A stretch of 10,080 nt of DNA, taken from UHGV virus genome UHGV-1553573; one strand, written 5' to 3'. The DNA is from a virus. A program made the translations under genes and the position numbers. Below the pieces are notes generated by a model, which did not search any database, had not been told where the DNA came from, and worked only from the letters and a program-made list of their open reading frames with translations. This document shows, piece after piece, positions 1-6,619 of the stretch. Positions within the stretch are counted from its first letter, which is position 1; the number at the start of each line of letters is the position of its first letter.

Positions 1-201
1 TCGTTCTCCTGGTCGCGGCGTTTGATGTATTGCTGGTTTCTTTCCCGTTCATCCAACAATACCAGCGCGATATCTGGCGAAAAGTGCTTCATAAAATCGT
101 TAAGCGCATTAATTCGCTGATCGAAAGGCATTACAGGTGCTTCACCAGCAATTTTTGTTTTTTCAGCGATTTCACGAAGCTTTTGATAATCAATCTTGCT
201 C
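1..201 (-). CDS. Hypothetical protein, 5' part only; continues beyond the left edge of the window
   Basis: Open frame on the minus strand from a GTG at 199-201 to position 1 with no stop; GGAGG about 6 nt upstream; the GTG overlaps the TGA stop of the upstream gene (GTGA), suggesting translational coupling. Translation begins VSKIDYQKLREIAEKTKIAGEAPVMPFDQ. Not in the ORF track because it runs off the window. Confidence 0.3.
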
Positions 202-763
202 ACTGGTTGCCTCCTTTGCGAAGCTGTTCCGCCCATTCTTCTAGGGATTTCTCCGCATATTCACCGGACAGGCCATCAATCGGGTGTGGTTCATTAGCCA
301 ACTCTTCTTTCGCTGACAGAATCATGCGTGTAACGTCGAAAACTTCACGTAAAGACTTATTGATAAATCCGTGATTGAAAGCCGCAGCAAGACGGCTGGC
401 GGTATAGTTAATCCCCTCGTTGCGTGCTTCCGCACGAATTTCAGACAGGAAAGCATCGGTGGCTGGCATATTTCCTGTTGCCTTCATTGCCTCCAAAATA
501 ACCAGAACGCCATCTCGCCCAATCTCCTCGCAGATAACCTCGGTGCTGTCGCCAACAACATCGCAAAATGCCTGAACTGCTTTACGAGCCAGCGCATTCT
601 CCGCAGCCAGCGCATTAGCACGCACCAGTTGCACTTCCAGCTGCGTTGCCAAATCGCTGATCAGCTTTGCCACACTGCGCATATCAACGGCACCACATTC
701 TGCTTTCAGTTCCGAAGCCATCTCATGCCCGGCGGCAACTAACCCTTTGATATTACTTTCCAT
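200..763 (-). CDS. Hypothetical phage protein, 187 aa
   Basis: ORF track entry; ATG at 761-763 with GAGG about 7 nt upstream; co-directional with the replication operon. I do not recognise the family. Confidence 0.55.
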   Translation of the reverse strand: MESNIKGLVAAGHEMASELKAECGAVDMRSVAKLISDLATQLEVQLVRANALAAENALARKAVQAFCDVVGDSTEVICEEIGRDGVLVILEAMKATGNMPATDAFLSEIRAEARNEGINYTASRLAAAFNHGFINKSLREVFDVTRMILSAKEELANEPHPIDGLSGEYAEKSLEEWAEQLRKGGNQ

Positions 764-824
764 CTTTATCCTCGCTTATCCACATAACTTATTGATTACA
801 TTGATAACTAAAAAGATCGTCGAT

Positions 825-1169
825 TCAGAACTCTTCGATTTTCCAGCCACCACCTGCTTTCTTTGGCTTAACAGTTACCCCGATGATTCGGAACGGATAT
901 TGATCTGCGGCGACTTTGGTTTTCACCCTGGCGTCGTCGGTCCAGAAACCTTTCACTTCGTGCAGTTCCATCTCTCCGGTGGCGAGCATCACAGCGAAAT
1001 CTGGCGTATAGAACGTGTTATCAGCTAACCGCAGCTTGATACCCTCGAATCGATACCAGGCGATTTCCCCTGCACGTTTACGCAGCTCAAGGTGCTGGCA
1101 ATACGCAGATTCTGTTTTGTTCATCTGGCCTGTTTTGAGTCGACCAAGAGCCTGTATCTGTTTTCTCAT
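825..1169 (-). CDS. Small phage protein (114 aa) with a PD-(D/E)XK-like motif, putative nuclease fold
   Basis: ORF track entry; ATG at 1167-1169 with AAGGG upstream; the translation contains FYTPDF followed about 15 residues later by ELHEVKG, i.e. a PD...E-x-K arrangement. Confidence 0.55.
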   Translation of the reverse strand: MRKQIQALGRLKTGQMNKTESAYCQHLELRKRAGEIAWYRFEGIKLRLADNTFYTPDFAVMLATGEMELHEVKGFWTDDARVKTKVAADQYPFRIIGVTVKPKKAGGGWKIEEF

Positions 1170-1260
1170 GATTTACCCTTGAGGTAATTAAAAACCACAT
1201 AAGACACGAAATCAATAGATTTTAGAATATTTATTACCCAACAGGTAATTATCAAGACGT
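1170..1260 (-). promoter_or_regulatory. Candidate promoter/operator region for the 825..1169 gene, with two TTACC-N5-GGTAA palindromes
   Basis: Perfect palindromes at 1173-1187 (TTACC CTTGA GGTAA) and 1234-1248 (TTACC CAACA GGTAA); on the minus strand TTGATA (plus 1250-1255) precedes a 17-nt spacer that is the 1234-1248 palindrome. The -10 hexamer is ambiguous. Confidence 0.4.
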
Positions 1261-1280
1261 AAAAAAATGCGCTATCGCGC
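1261..1280 (-). terminator. Weak candidate intrinsic terminator after the P-like gene
   Basis: On the minus strand a 4-bp GC stem (GCGC, loop GATA, GCGC) is followed by ATTTTTTT, just downstream of the stop at 1286-1288. The stem is short. Confidence 0.3.
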
Positions 1281-1285
1281 TGGTA

Positions 1286-2068
1286 TTACTTGATAAATCC
1301 TGCCGCCTTTCCCCGCCTGTATTCCTCCATCAGCCACTGCGCCGGTGTTATTCCCCCAAGGGTGGCGGCGTTAGGCATGCACCCGAAACTTCGCCCTGGT
1401 GGATGGTAAACGTCTCTCCCTGTGTCCGGAGGTGTACTCATGGGCTCTCGCTTTGCCTGTATGCCGATCACCGGATCGGGTATCTGCTGTCCGGAAGCTA
1501 CCTTTTTCGCCCAATCATCGAGCAGCCTGCGCGCGTGTTTCTCAACCTCAATCTCGCTAAGCTGGCGCTGATACATTGCACGGCGGGTATCACATACGAC
1601 CCAGTACATAACCGGATGTCGCCACGGGAATCTTTCGGGACCACCAGGATATAAACTTTTTTCCTTGCTGTACCGGTGAAACTCCGCCATCACATCGTCA
1701 ATGGTGACGCCAAGAACCATCTTGCTGTCTTTGCACCACTTGATGAATTGCCCTGGCGACGGCCAGAACGGAGATTCACTGGCGCGGGCGTGGCGCATAC
1801 CAGCGTTAACCTGTTCCATTGTTGTGATCCCATTCTCCAGAAACGCAAGCATCCATTGTTTTCGAAATTCGTTTAGCTTTCCTTGCTCGCTGATAGCAGC
1901 GATGCTGCCTGGAAATGCAGCCTGTAACTGGACAAACATTTCGTTGAAAATTCTTGCAACCTGCTCCTTCTTTGCCCTTTCATCGTCAGCAGAAGCAACC
2001 GCCGTCGAGTGGTCATGCCCACCACGAAAGCGATCGTACTCATTAAGAAGTTCTGGAGTTGATTTCAT
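1286..2068 (-). CDS. Lambda P-like replication protein (DnaB helicase loader family)
   Basis: Translation contains WMLAFLENGITTMEQVNAGMR and FWPSPGQFIKWC, which I recall as closely matching lambda P; it sits immediately downstream of and overlapping the O-like gene. Start moved from the track's 2080 to the ATG at 2066-2068 (MKSTPELL), which has GAGGTG 5-8 nt upstream. Confidence 0.8.
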   Translation of the reverse strand: MKSTPELLNEYDRFRGGHDHSTAVASADDERAKKEQVARIFNEMFVQLQAAFPGSIAAISEQGKLNEFRKQWMLAFLENGITTMEQVNAGMRHARASESPFWPSPGQFIKWCKDSKMVLGVTIDDVMAEFHRYSKEKSLYPGGPERFPWRHPVMYWVVCDTRRAMYQRQLSEIEVEKHARRLLDDWAKKVASGQQIPDPVIGIQAKREPMSTPPDTGRDVYHPPGRSFGCMPNAATLGGITPAQWLMEEYRRGKAAGFIK

Positions 2069-2894
2069 CCCACACCTCATCTATCCAGTCAGTGTTATGC
2101 CAGTCAAGGCTCTTTCTGACTTCACCTGATTTCTGTCTACAGAACTGGATGCGCCTTGCCAGCTTCTGCTCCCACTGTGCCTGATGGTATGCCTTACCCT
2201 CAGCCATCCAGTAAATTCTGAACTCTGCAAGTTCCTGTGCCGTTGGCAGACTGTCCAGGTAGATTCCCTGCAATGAGCTTTTCCGAAGAAAGTCATCTGA
2301 TGGCTGCCATTGTTCATGCATGACAAATTTGCCTAATTGCCCTGGCCCACCAGGAGGAACAAAGTTATTCATCACGGCGTTGTTTGCGCCGGGGTCATGA
2401 GGCACAGAATCCCCGGTTTTTGTCCTGCTCTCCCTCTCTTGGTTAAATGACTGGTTATATGACTGGTTCTGGATCCCGTTTTTGGGATCATTCAACATCC
2501 CGTTTTTGGGATCATTCAACATCCCGTTTTTGGGTATATTCCCGTTTTCGGGAACATTACCGTTTTCGGGAACATTACCGTTTTCGGGTTCATTACACCC
2601 TTCTAGGTCGCCTTTAATGTTCCCGTTTTTGGTTATATTAAGAGAGAAAACCCGCACTCTTTTTGTCGCTCCCTTTCTCTCTCCGGTATCTGAAATAAGC
2701 CCCATTTTCATGAGCGATATAAGTCCGGCCTGCACGGTTTTTTTATTCAGGCAAGTGTCTTTAACGAGGCGTTCTATGCTGGGGTAGCAGAGGTTATATT
2801 CATCGGCTCTGTCAGCCATCGAGAGCAGTATGAGCTTTAATGATGAGCTACCTGGATCTGTCTCCCAGGCCCAATCTGTTGCATGTCTGCTCAT
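2043..2894 (-). CDS. Lambda O-like replication initiator (iteron-binding origin protein)
   Basis: 283-aa ORF with GGAG 9 nt upstream of the ATG at 2892-2894; its central part is encoded by the iteron array and gives the peptide repeats NGNVPENGNVPENGNIPKNGMLNDPKNGMLNDPKNG; followed by the P-like gene with a 26-nt overlap, as in lambdoid O-P pairs. Confidence 0.8.
   Translation of the reverse strand: MSRHATDWAWETDPGSSSLKLILLSMADRADEYNLCYPSIERLVKDTCLNKKTVQAGLISLMKMGLISDTGERKGATKRVRVFSLNITKNGNIKGDLEGCNEPENGNVPENGNVPENGNIPKNGMLNDPKNGMLNDPKNGIQNQSYNQSFNQERESRTKTGDSVPHDPGANNAVMNNFVPPGGPGQLGKFVMHEQWQPSDDFLRKSSLQGIYLDSLPTAQELAEFRIYWMAEGKAYHQAQWEQKLARRIQFCRQKSGEVRKSLDWHNTDWIDEVWDEINSRTS
2472..2640. 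repeat. Replication origin iterons inside the O-like gene
   Basis: About seven direct repeats with core CCCGTTTT(T)GGG: three at 24-bp spacing (2472, 2497, 2521) with palindromic arms GATCCC/GGGATC, three at 18-19-bp spacing (2541, 2560, 2578) with arms TTCCCG/CGGGAA, and one more at 2621-2640. On the O-coding strand they read TCCCAAAAACGGGA, resembling the lambda ori iteron as I recall it. A flanking ATGACTGGTT direct repeat lies at 2447-2456 and 2459-2468. Confidence 0.75.
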
Positions 2895-2909
2895 GATTAA
2901 TCTCCGCTA

Positions 2910-3110
2910 TCAGCTTGAGTGTTGTGGGGAGGAATTAATCATGATCTGCTTAATCTCTGCCCTGATGCGACGGTTTGATTCCATGGTGCACTCAACACAG
3001 TGTCCGTTGTAAACCCAGCGTTCACTGTCATGTCCATGCTTACATGGTTTTCCGGTGTAGTAGCGTTTAAGTCCGCGCTTTGCGGCATCAATACGTGTAA
3101 TGATTTCCAT
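2910..3110 (-). CDS. Small putative zinc-binding protein (about 66 aa)
   Basis: Translation MEIITRIDAAKRGLKRYYTGKPCKHGHDSERWVYNGHCVEC has a C-x-H-G-H ... H-C-x-x-C cluster; AGGG about 7 nt upstream of the ATG at 3108-3110; stop 12 nt before the O-like start. The track's longer start (3173) would leave no room for a promoter after the upstream terminator, so the internal start is preferred. Confidence 0.45.
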   Translation of the reverse strand: MEIITRIDAAKRGLKRYYTGKPCKHGHDSERWVYNGHCVECTMESNRRIRAEIKQIMINSSPQHSS

Positions 3111-3206
3111 GGTAAGCCCTGTTATTAGTATTGGGGTTACGGTCATTTTGTGCTGACACAAAAAAAAGATCAACCAGATTTGGTTTTTTATTACCTTTGA
3201 GGTACG

Positions 3207-3238
3207 AATAGATATGAAAAGACCGCCGGGTGGCGGTC
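3207..3238 (-). terminator. Intrinsic terminator downstream of the Cro-like gene
   Basis: 7-bp GC-rich stem GACCGCC / GGCGGTC (3221-3238, loop 3228-3231) followed on the minus strand by TTTTCATATCTATT; lies 23 nt past the stop at 3261-3263. Confidence 0.55.
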
Positions 3239-3260
3239 TACAGAGGGTTGTAGCTGGATA

Positions 3261-3491
3261 TCATGAGTAGAAGAAGTATGCCAGTTCTGCTTTTGAGCGC
3301 AGCCATTGTCTTGTTTTACAGGCTTTAAAAAGCCCATTCATCAATACCTTACCTGGCATTTTGCGCTTACCTGTTAAGTGAGTCTGGATATAGTGACTCG
3401 TCGTTCCGGCTTCCTGTGCGAAGGCTTCACGCTCATCCGGAGTAAGTGCAAGCCAGTGCTTTTTGAAATCGAAATGTCCGTTATCGCTCAT
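3261..3491 (-). CDS. Cro/YdaS-like small HTH DNA-binding protein (76 aa)
   Basis: ORF track entry; the segment FAQEAGTTSHYIQTHLTGKRKMP resembles the Cro/YdaS-type helix-turn-helix; transcribed divergently from the repressor-like gene and upstream of the O/P genes, i.e. the cro position. Confidence 0.6.
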   Translation of the reverse strand: MSDNGHFDFKKHWLALTPDEREAFAQEAGTTSHYIQTHLTGKRKMPGKVLMNGLFKACKTRQWLRSKAELAYFFYS

Positions 3492-3645
3492 AGCTATTGC
3501 CTGATATTTATTTCAGATAATAAATATTCACCCATAAGGTAACAAAAATCAAGGATAGTTACCTATGGGGTGCATTTACCTGTTGGGTAATATTGCTTTA
3601 AATTGAATCATCTACTGATTCATATATGAGGCGATTTTCCAGAAA
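3492..3645. promoter_or_regulatory. Divergent promoter/operator region between the Cro-like and repressor-like genes (OR-like)
   Basis: Three clustered palindromes of the TTACC-N5-GGTAA family at 3528-3542 (TCACC CATAA GGTAA), 3559-3573 (TTACC TATGG GGTGC, degenerate) and 3576-3590 (TTACC TGTTG GGTAA, perfect); a perfect 9-bp AT-rich inverted repeat at 3504-3512/3519-3527; AT-rich hexamers usable as -10/-35 on both strands. Confidence 0.6.
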
Positions 3646-4230
3646 ATGAAAAGTATCCAGGACGTCCGCAGGCAAAATCTCAACGACTTGATCGACCGTG
3701 AATTCAATGGTGTTCAGACGCGGATGGCAGAAAAACTTGGAACTCAGGCAAATCTGGTAAACCGCTGGGCTCTTGGCAAGAAGGTTATCGGCGACCAGGT
3801 TGCACGAAAAATTGAAGCTGCCGCCAATAAACCCCGTAACTGGCTTGATATCGATCGCTCGCTTTCTCAGGAAGGTTTTCAGCCTGTCGGCCCAAGCGAC
3901 ATTGGTCAGCTGGCGGCTCACAACCTGGAACGCTGGATGAGCGAAAGCCGCGACCTTTCAACGCAGGGAAAACTTCACCGCGCATCCGGCGTCGCCCAGG
4001 TGACAATCAGTCGCCTGTTAAACAATGAGGTCAGCGTTTCCATTTCCACCCTGGAGAATGTTGCATCCGCATTCGGGCGTCACGGCTATGAATTACTGAT
4101 TCACCCGCACGACCCTGCGACCATCAACTATGACCGCTCGCGCTACGCATTGTTACCCGAAACCGAGAAAGCAAAGATCGAAAGTTACATTGAATTTGTC
4201 ATCAACCAGAACGAAAAAAACAAACAATAA
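3646..4230 (+). CDS. Tandem helix-turn-helix (XRE-type) repressor-like protein, 194 aa, with no peptidase domain
   Basis: Two HTH-like segments: QTRMAEKLGTQANLVNRWALGKK near the N-terminus and ASGVAQVTISRLLNNEVSVSISTLENVASAFG in the second half. No S24-peptidase-like C-terminal domain is apparent. Sits in the cI position; weak or absent Shine-Dalgarno before the ATG at 3646. Confidence 0.7.
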   Translation: MKSIQDVRRQNLNDLIDREFNGVQTRMAEKLGTQANLVNRWALGKKVIGDQVARKIEAAANKPRNWLDIDRSLSQEGFQPVGPSDIGQLAAHNLERWMSESRDLSTQGKLHRASGVAQVTISRLLNNEVSVSISTLENVASAFGRHGYELLIHPHDPATINYDRSRYALLPETEKAKIESYIEFVINQNEKNKQ

Positions 4231-4250
4231 AATCATACTTTTCAGTAAGT

Positions 4251-4277
4251 AAGCCGCCTTCTGGCGGCTTTTTTATT
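4251..4277 (+). terminator. Rho-independent terminator after the repressor-like gene
   Basis: 8-bp stem AAGCCGCC / GGCGGCTT (4251-4258 and 4263-4270, loop TTCT) followed by TTTTATT; 21 nt after the stop codon. Confidence 0.7.
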
Positions 4278-4287
4278 GCCTATACTA

Positions 4288-4364
4288 TTACCTAATGGGT
4301 AATTTTTTTAACTCATATCTATTGACATCAAACCAAATACGCATAATTATTACCTCAACGGTAA
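4288..4364 (+). promoter_or_regulatory. Strong rightward promoter with two flanking operator palindromes (OL/PL-like)
   Basis: Perfect -35 TTGACA at 4322-4327, 15-16 nt spacer, then ATAATT/TAATTA at 4343-4349; perfect palindromes at 4288-4302 (TTACC TAATG GGTAA) upstream and 4350-4364 (TTACC TCAAC GGTAA) over the predicted start site. Confidence 0.6.
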
Positions 4365-4383
4365 CAGACCGAGGTAACAAGTT

Positions 4384-4536
4384 ATGCAGTGGAAAATCAT
4401 CAACGGTTGGTACTGCGTTACTGCATGCGGATTCATGAGCTGGAAGTTCCGCACCTTACAGGAAGGCATTAAGTGGGCTTTCGTCAGCAAAGAAGCTCGC
4501 GATGTAGCCAACGATAACGAGATATGGGAGGGCTGA
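4384..4536 (+). CDS. Small hypothetical protein, 50 aa
   Basis: ATG at 4384 with GAGG 9 nt upstream, first ORF after the promoter; stop TGA at 4534-4536 lies 2 nt before the next start. Below the ORF-track size cutoff. Translation MQWKIINGWYCVTACGFMSWKFRTLQEGIKWAFVSKEARDVANDNEIWEG. Confidence 0.3.
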   Translation: MQWKIINGWYCVTACGFMSWKFRTLQEGIKWAFVSKEARDVANDNEIWEG

Positions 4537-4538
4537 TA

Positions 4539-4838
4539 ATGAACGTTAATCAGCAGAAAAATCTTCAAAAAATCATGCTGGCATTCGACAAGGACTACCG
4601 CCTGTCAGAACAGCTATATGACCGACAAGTTGAACTGATCGAGAGCATCCGGCTTCATCAACTGGCCTCAACTTTTGACGCTGTAACAGGCAAAGGAGTT
4701 CGCCAGGAAGTGCTGGAGGCAGCTAAAGACAGCCCTGAGTTCGAAGAACTAATGGATGCCTGCCGGCGCGAGGCAATGGCAATTATCGCCCGCTGGGATC
4801 TGGCTGATCAGCTTGATGGGCAGAGGGACGCGGCATGA
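4539..4838 (+). CDS. Hypothetical protein, 99 aa, translationally coupled to the exonuclease gene
   Basis: ATG at 4539 preceded by GGGAGGG at a 6-nt spacing (preferred over the track start at 4524); its stop overlaps the exonuclease start as ATGA (4835-4838). Confidence 0.55.
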   Translation: MNVNQQKNLQKIMLAFDKDYRLSEQLYDRQVELIESIRLHQLASTFDAVTGKGVRQEVLEAAKDSPEFEELMDACRREAMAIIARWDLADQLDGQRDAA

Positions 4839-5656
4839 AACCGGGAATTTATTTCGACATCAGCAACGAAGACTACCACGCCGGTGACGGCGTGAGTAAG
4901 TCGCAACTGGACATGGTTGCCAAGAATCCAGCGCTTCTTAAATGGGTTCAGGCAGCACCAGAAGACGAAGAGAAAAAGTCTGCACTGGATATGGGAACCG
5001 CATTGCACTGTCTGCTTCTGGAGCCTGGAGAGTTCGACAAACGCTTCATTGTTTCACCGAAATTCGATCGTCGGACGAAACAAGGTAAAGCTGACGAAGA
5101 GGCATTTCTTCGTGATGTAGCGGATATGGGGATTACGGTACTTGATGCCGAGCAGTGGCGGAAACTGGAGCTGATGCGTGATAGCGCAATGGCTCACCCG
5201 GCGGCACGCTGGATGCTGGAAGCACCTGGTTACTGCGAAGCATCAATGTACTGGAACGATGAAGAGACGGGTGAGTTGTGCCGAATTCGTCCAGACAAAT
5301 GGCTGAACGAGCACAACGTGATCGTCGACGTGAAAAAGGTTGCAGATATGGACCGTTTTGCACGTCACATCGAGGAATTCCGCTACCACGTGCAGGACGC
5401 AATGTACCGCGAAGGCGCAATGAGGGTTACTGGTCAGCCGCATGGTTTTTTCTTTCTTGCCGTGAGCGAAAGCATTGATTGTGGTCGGTATCCGGTACGC
5501 GTGTTCGGGCTGGATGCGCCGGATGTCGATGCCGGGCACGCTCTGTTCCGCCGGGATCTGAATACCTATCACGAATGCCGCATCAGCGATGAATGGGGCG
5601 GCGTGGAAATTATTAAACGCCCTGAGTGGGCACGCAAACAGGATATGTACGTATGA
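4835..5656 (+). CDS. RecE-like / RecB-family PD-(D/E)XK exonuclease (phage recombination exonuclease), 273 aa
   Basis: Motifs IRPDKW, then VIVDVKK, then QDAMY (Q-x-x-x-Y), matching the D...D-x-K plus QxxxY signature of RecB-family nucleases; immediately upstream of and overlapping the annealing-protein gene. Confidence 0.75.
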   Translation: MKPGIYFDISNEDYHAGDGVSKSQLDMVAKNPALLKWVQAAPEDEEKKSALDMGTALHCLLLEPGEFDKRFIVSPKFDRRTKQGKADEEAFLRDVADMGITVLDAEQWRKLELMRDSAMAHPAARWMLEAPGYCEASMYWNDEETGELCRIRPDKWLNEHNVIVDVKKVADMDRFARHIEEFRYHVQDAMYREGAMRVTGQPHGFFFLAVSESIDCGRYPVRVFGLDAPDVDAGHALFRRDLNTYHECRISDEWGGVEIIKRPEWARKQDMYV

Positions 5657-6570
5657 GCAACGAAATTGCAATCACCAATGATGTGTTGGCTATTCGGGGA
5701 ATCGATGAAGTTACATGGAGCGCTCTGAAAAACAGTATTTACCCTGGGGCAAAAGATGAATCGGTAATGATGGCAGTCGATTACTGCCGGGCGCGTCAAC
5801 TCGATCCTCTTCTTAAGCCGGTACACCTGGTACCAATGAGTGTTAAAGACTCGAAGAGTGGAAAGAATGAATGGCGCGACGTGGTCATGCCTGGCATTGG
5901 ACTTTATCGCATTCAGGCCTACCGTTCCGGCGATTACGCAGGCGCTAATGAACCTGAGTTCGGTCCAGATGTAACACAAACGCTTTCAGGCGTGGAGGTT
6001 ACCTTCCCTCAGTGGTGTAAGTACACCGTCAGCAAGCGAATGGCAAGCGGGGAAATCGTAGAGTTTAGCGCCAAAGAATACTGGATTGAGAACTATGCAA
6101 CTGGGGGGCGTGACACATCGGCACCAAATGCCATGTGGAAAAAGCGCCCTTATGCGCAGTTGGCAAAATGCGCAGAGGCACAGGCATTACGTAAAGCATG
6201 GCCGGAGATTGGTCAACAAGCCACAGCTGAGGAAATGGAAGGTAAATATATCGACTCACCTGACATTATTGAACGTGACGTAACTCCAAGAAGTCAGGCA
6301 AAGCACGGCACAGCATCCAGCATGAACAGTCTGATCAACGCTAAACCAGTGAAAAAGCATGATGAGCAAACGCGTAAAGCGGATAGCCGTGATCCAGAAG
6401 AAATGCTGATGGCCTTTACCAGCGCAGCGATGAATTACAGCACTGTCTCCGAACTGGATAAGGCTTACAAATACATTGCACAAAAACTTTCAGATGATGA
6501 CGAACTGCTGGCAAAAGCCACCGACGTTTACAGCGTTCGTCGGGAAGAATTAAACGAAACATCTATGTAA
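5653..6570 (+). CDS. Bet/RecT-family single-strand annealing protein, about 305 aa
   Basis: The segments AVDYCRARQLDPLLKPVHLVPM and PNAMWKKRPYAQLAKCAEAQALRKAWPE parallel conserved regions of lambda Bet as I recall them. Start placed at the ATG at 5653, which overlaps the exonuclease stop (ATGA) and has AGGA upstream; the track's GTG at 5626 is less likely. Confidence 0.75.
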   Translation: MSNEIAITNDVLAIRGIDEVTWSALKNSIYPGAKDESVMMAVDYCRARQLDPLLKPVHLVPMSVKDSKSGKNEWRDVVMPGIGLYRIQAYRSGDYAGANEPEFGPDVTQTLSGVEVTFPQWCKYTVSKRMASGEIVEFSAKEYWIENYATGGRDTSAPNAMWKKRPYAQLAKCAEAQALRKAWPEIGQQATAEEMEGKYIDSPDIIERDVTPRSQAKHGTASSMNSLINAKPVKKHDEQTRKADSRDPEEMLMAFTSAAMNYSTVSELDKAYKYIAQKLSDDDELLAKATDVYSVRREELNETSM

Positions 6571-6578
6571 CCACCACC

Positions 6579-6597
6579 GCGGCGCCACGTGCGCCGC
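6579..6597 (+). other. GC-rich hairpin with no U-tract, between the annealing-protein gene and the AlpA-like gene
   Basis: GCGGCGC (6579-6585), loop CACGT, GCGCCGC (6591-6597): a perfect 7-bp stem 9 nt after the stop; no T-run follows. Confidence 0.4.
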
Positions 6598-6619
6598 ACT
6601 GCAACCAAGAGAGGTATTC

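Noticed and set aside
30-1028. Plus-strand ORFs 30..374, 371..742 and 747..1028
   Set aside because: They are antisense to better-supported minus-strand genes (tight spacing, Shine-Dalgarno sequences, coupling), start at poor or alternative codons, and have no recognisable motifs.
2472-2640. Regularly spaced short repeats that could be taken for a CRISPR array
   Set aside because: The repeats are 18-24 bp with essentially no unique spacers, lie wholly inside the O-like ORF, and resemble lambdoid origin iterons; there is no leader and no cas gene nearby.
2482-2787. Plus-strand ORF with a repetitive peptide (MGSFNIPFLGSFNIPFLG...)
   Set aside because: It is the antisense reading of the iteron array inside the O-like gene; the repetitiveness comes from the DNA repeats, not from a real protein.
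3598-4006. Minus-strand ORFs 3598..3921 and 3785..4006 overlapping the repressor-like gene
   Set aside because: Antisense to a gene with two clear HTH motifs and its own terminator; no ribosome-binding site or motifs.
4371-4379. GAGGTAACA just downstream of the 4350-4364 operator, considered as a tenth operator half-site
   Set aside because: There is no matching TTACC half-site at the correct spacing; it more likely serves as the Shine-Dalgarno sequence (GAGG) for the 4384 ORF.
4808-6483. Minus-strand ORFs inside the exonuclease and annealing-protein genes (4808..5008, 5133..5420, 5243..5671, 5569..5979, 6065..6259, 6256..6483)
   Set aside because: Embedded antisense frames within genes that have strong family motifs; Cys/Arg-rich low-complexity translations typical of noncoding frames.
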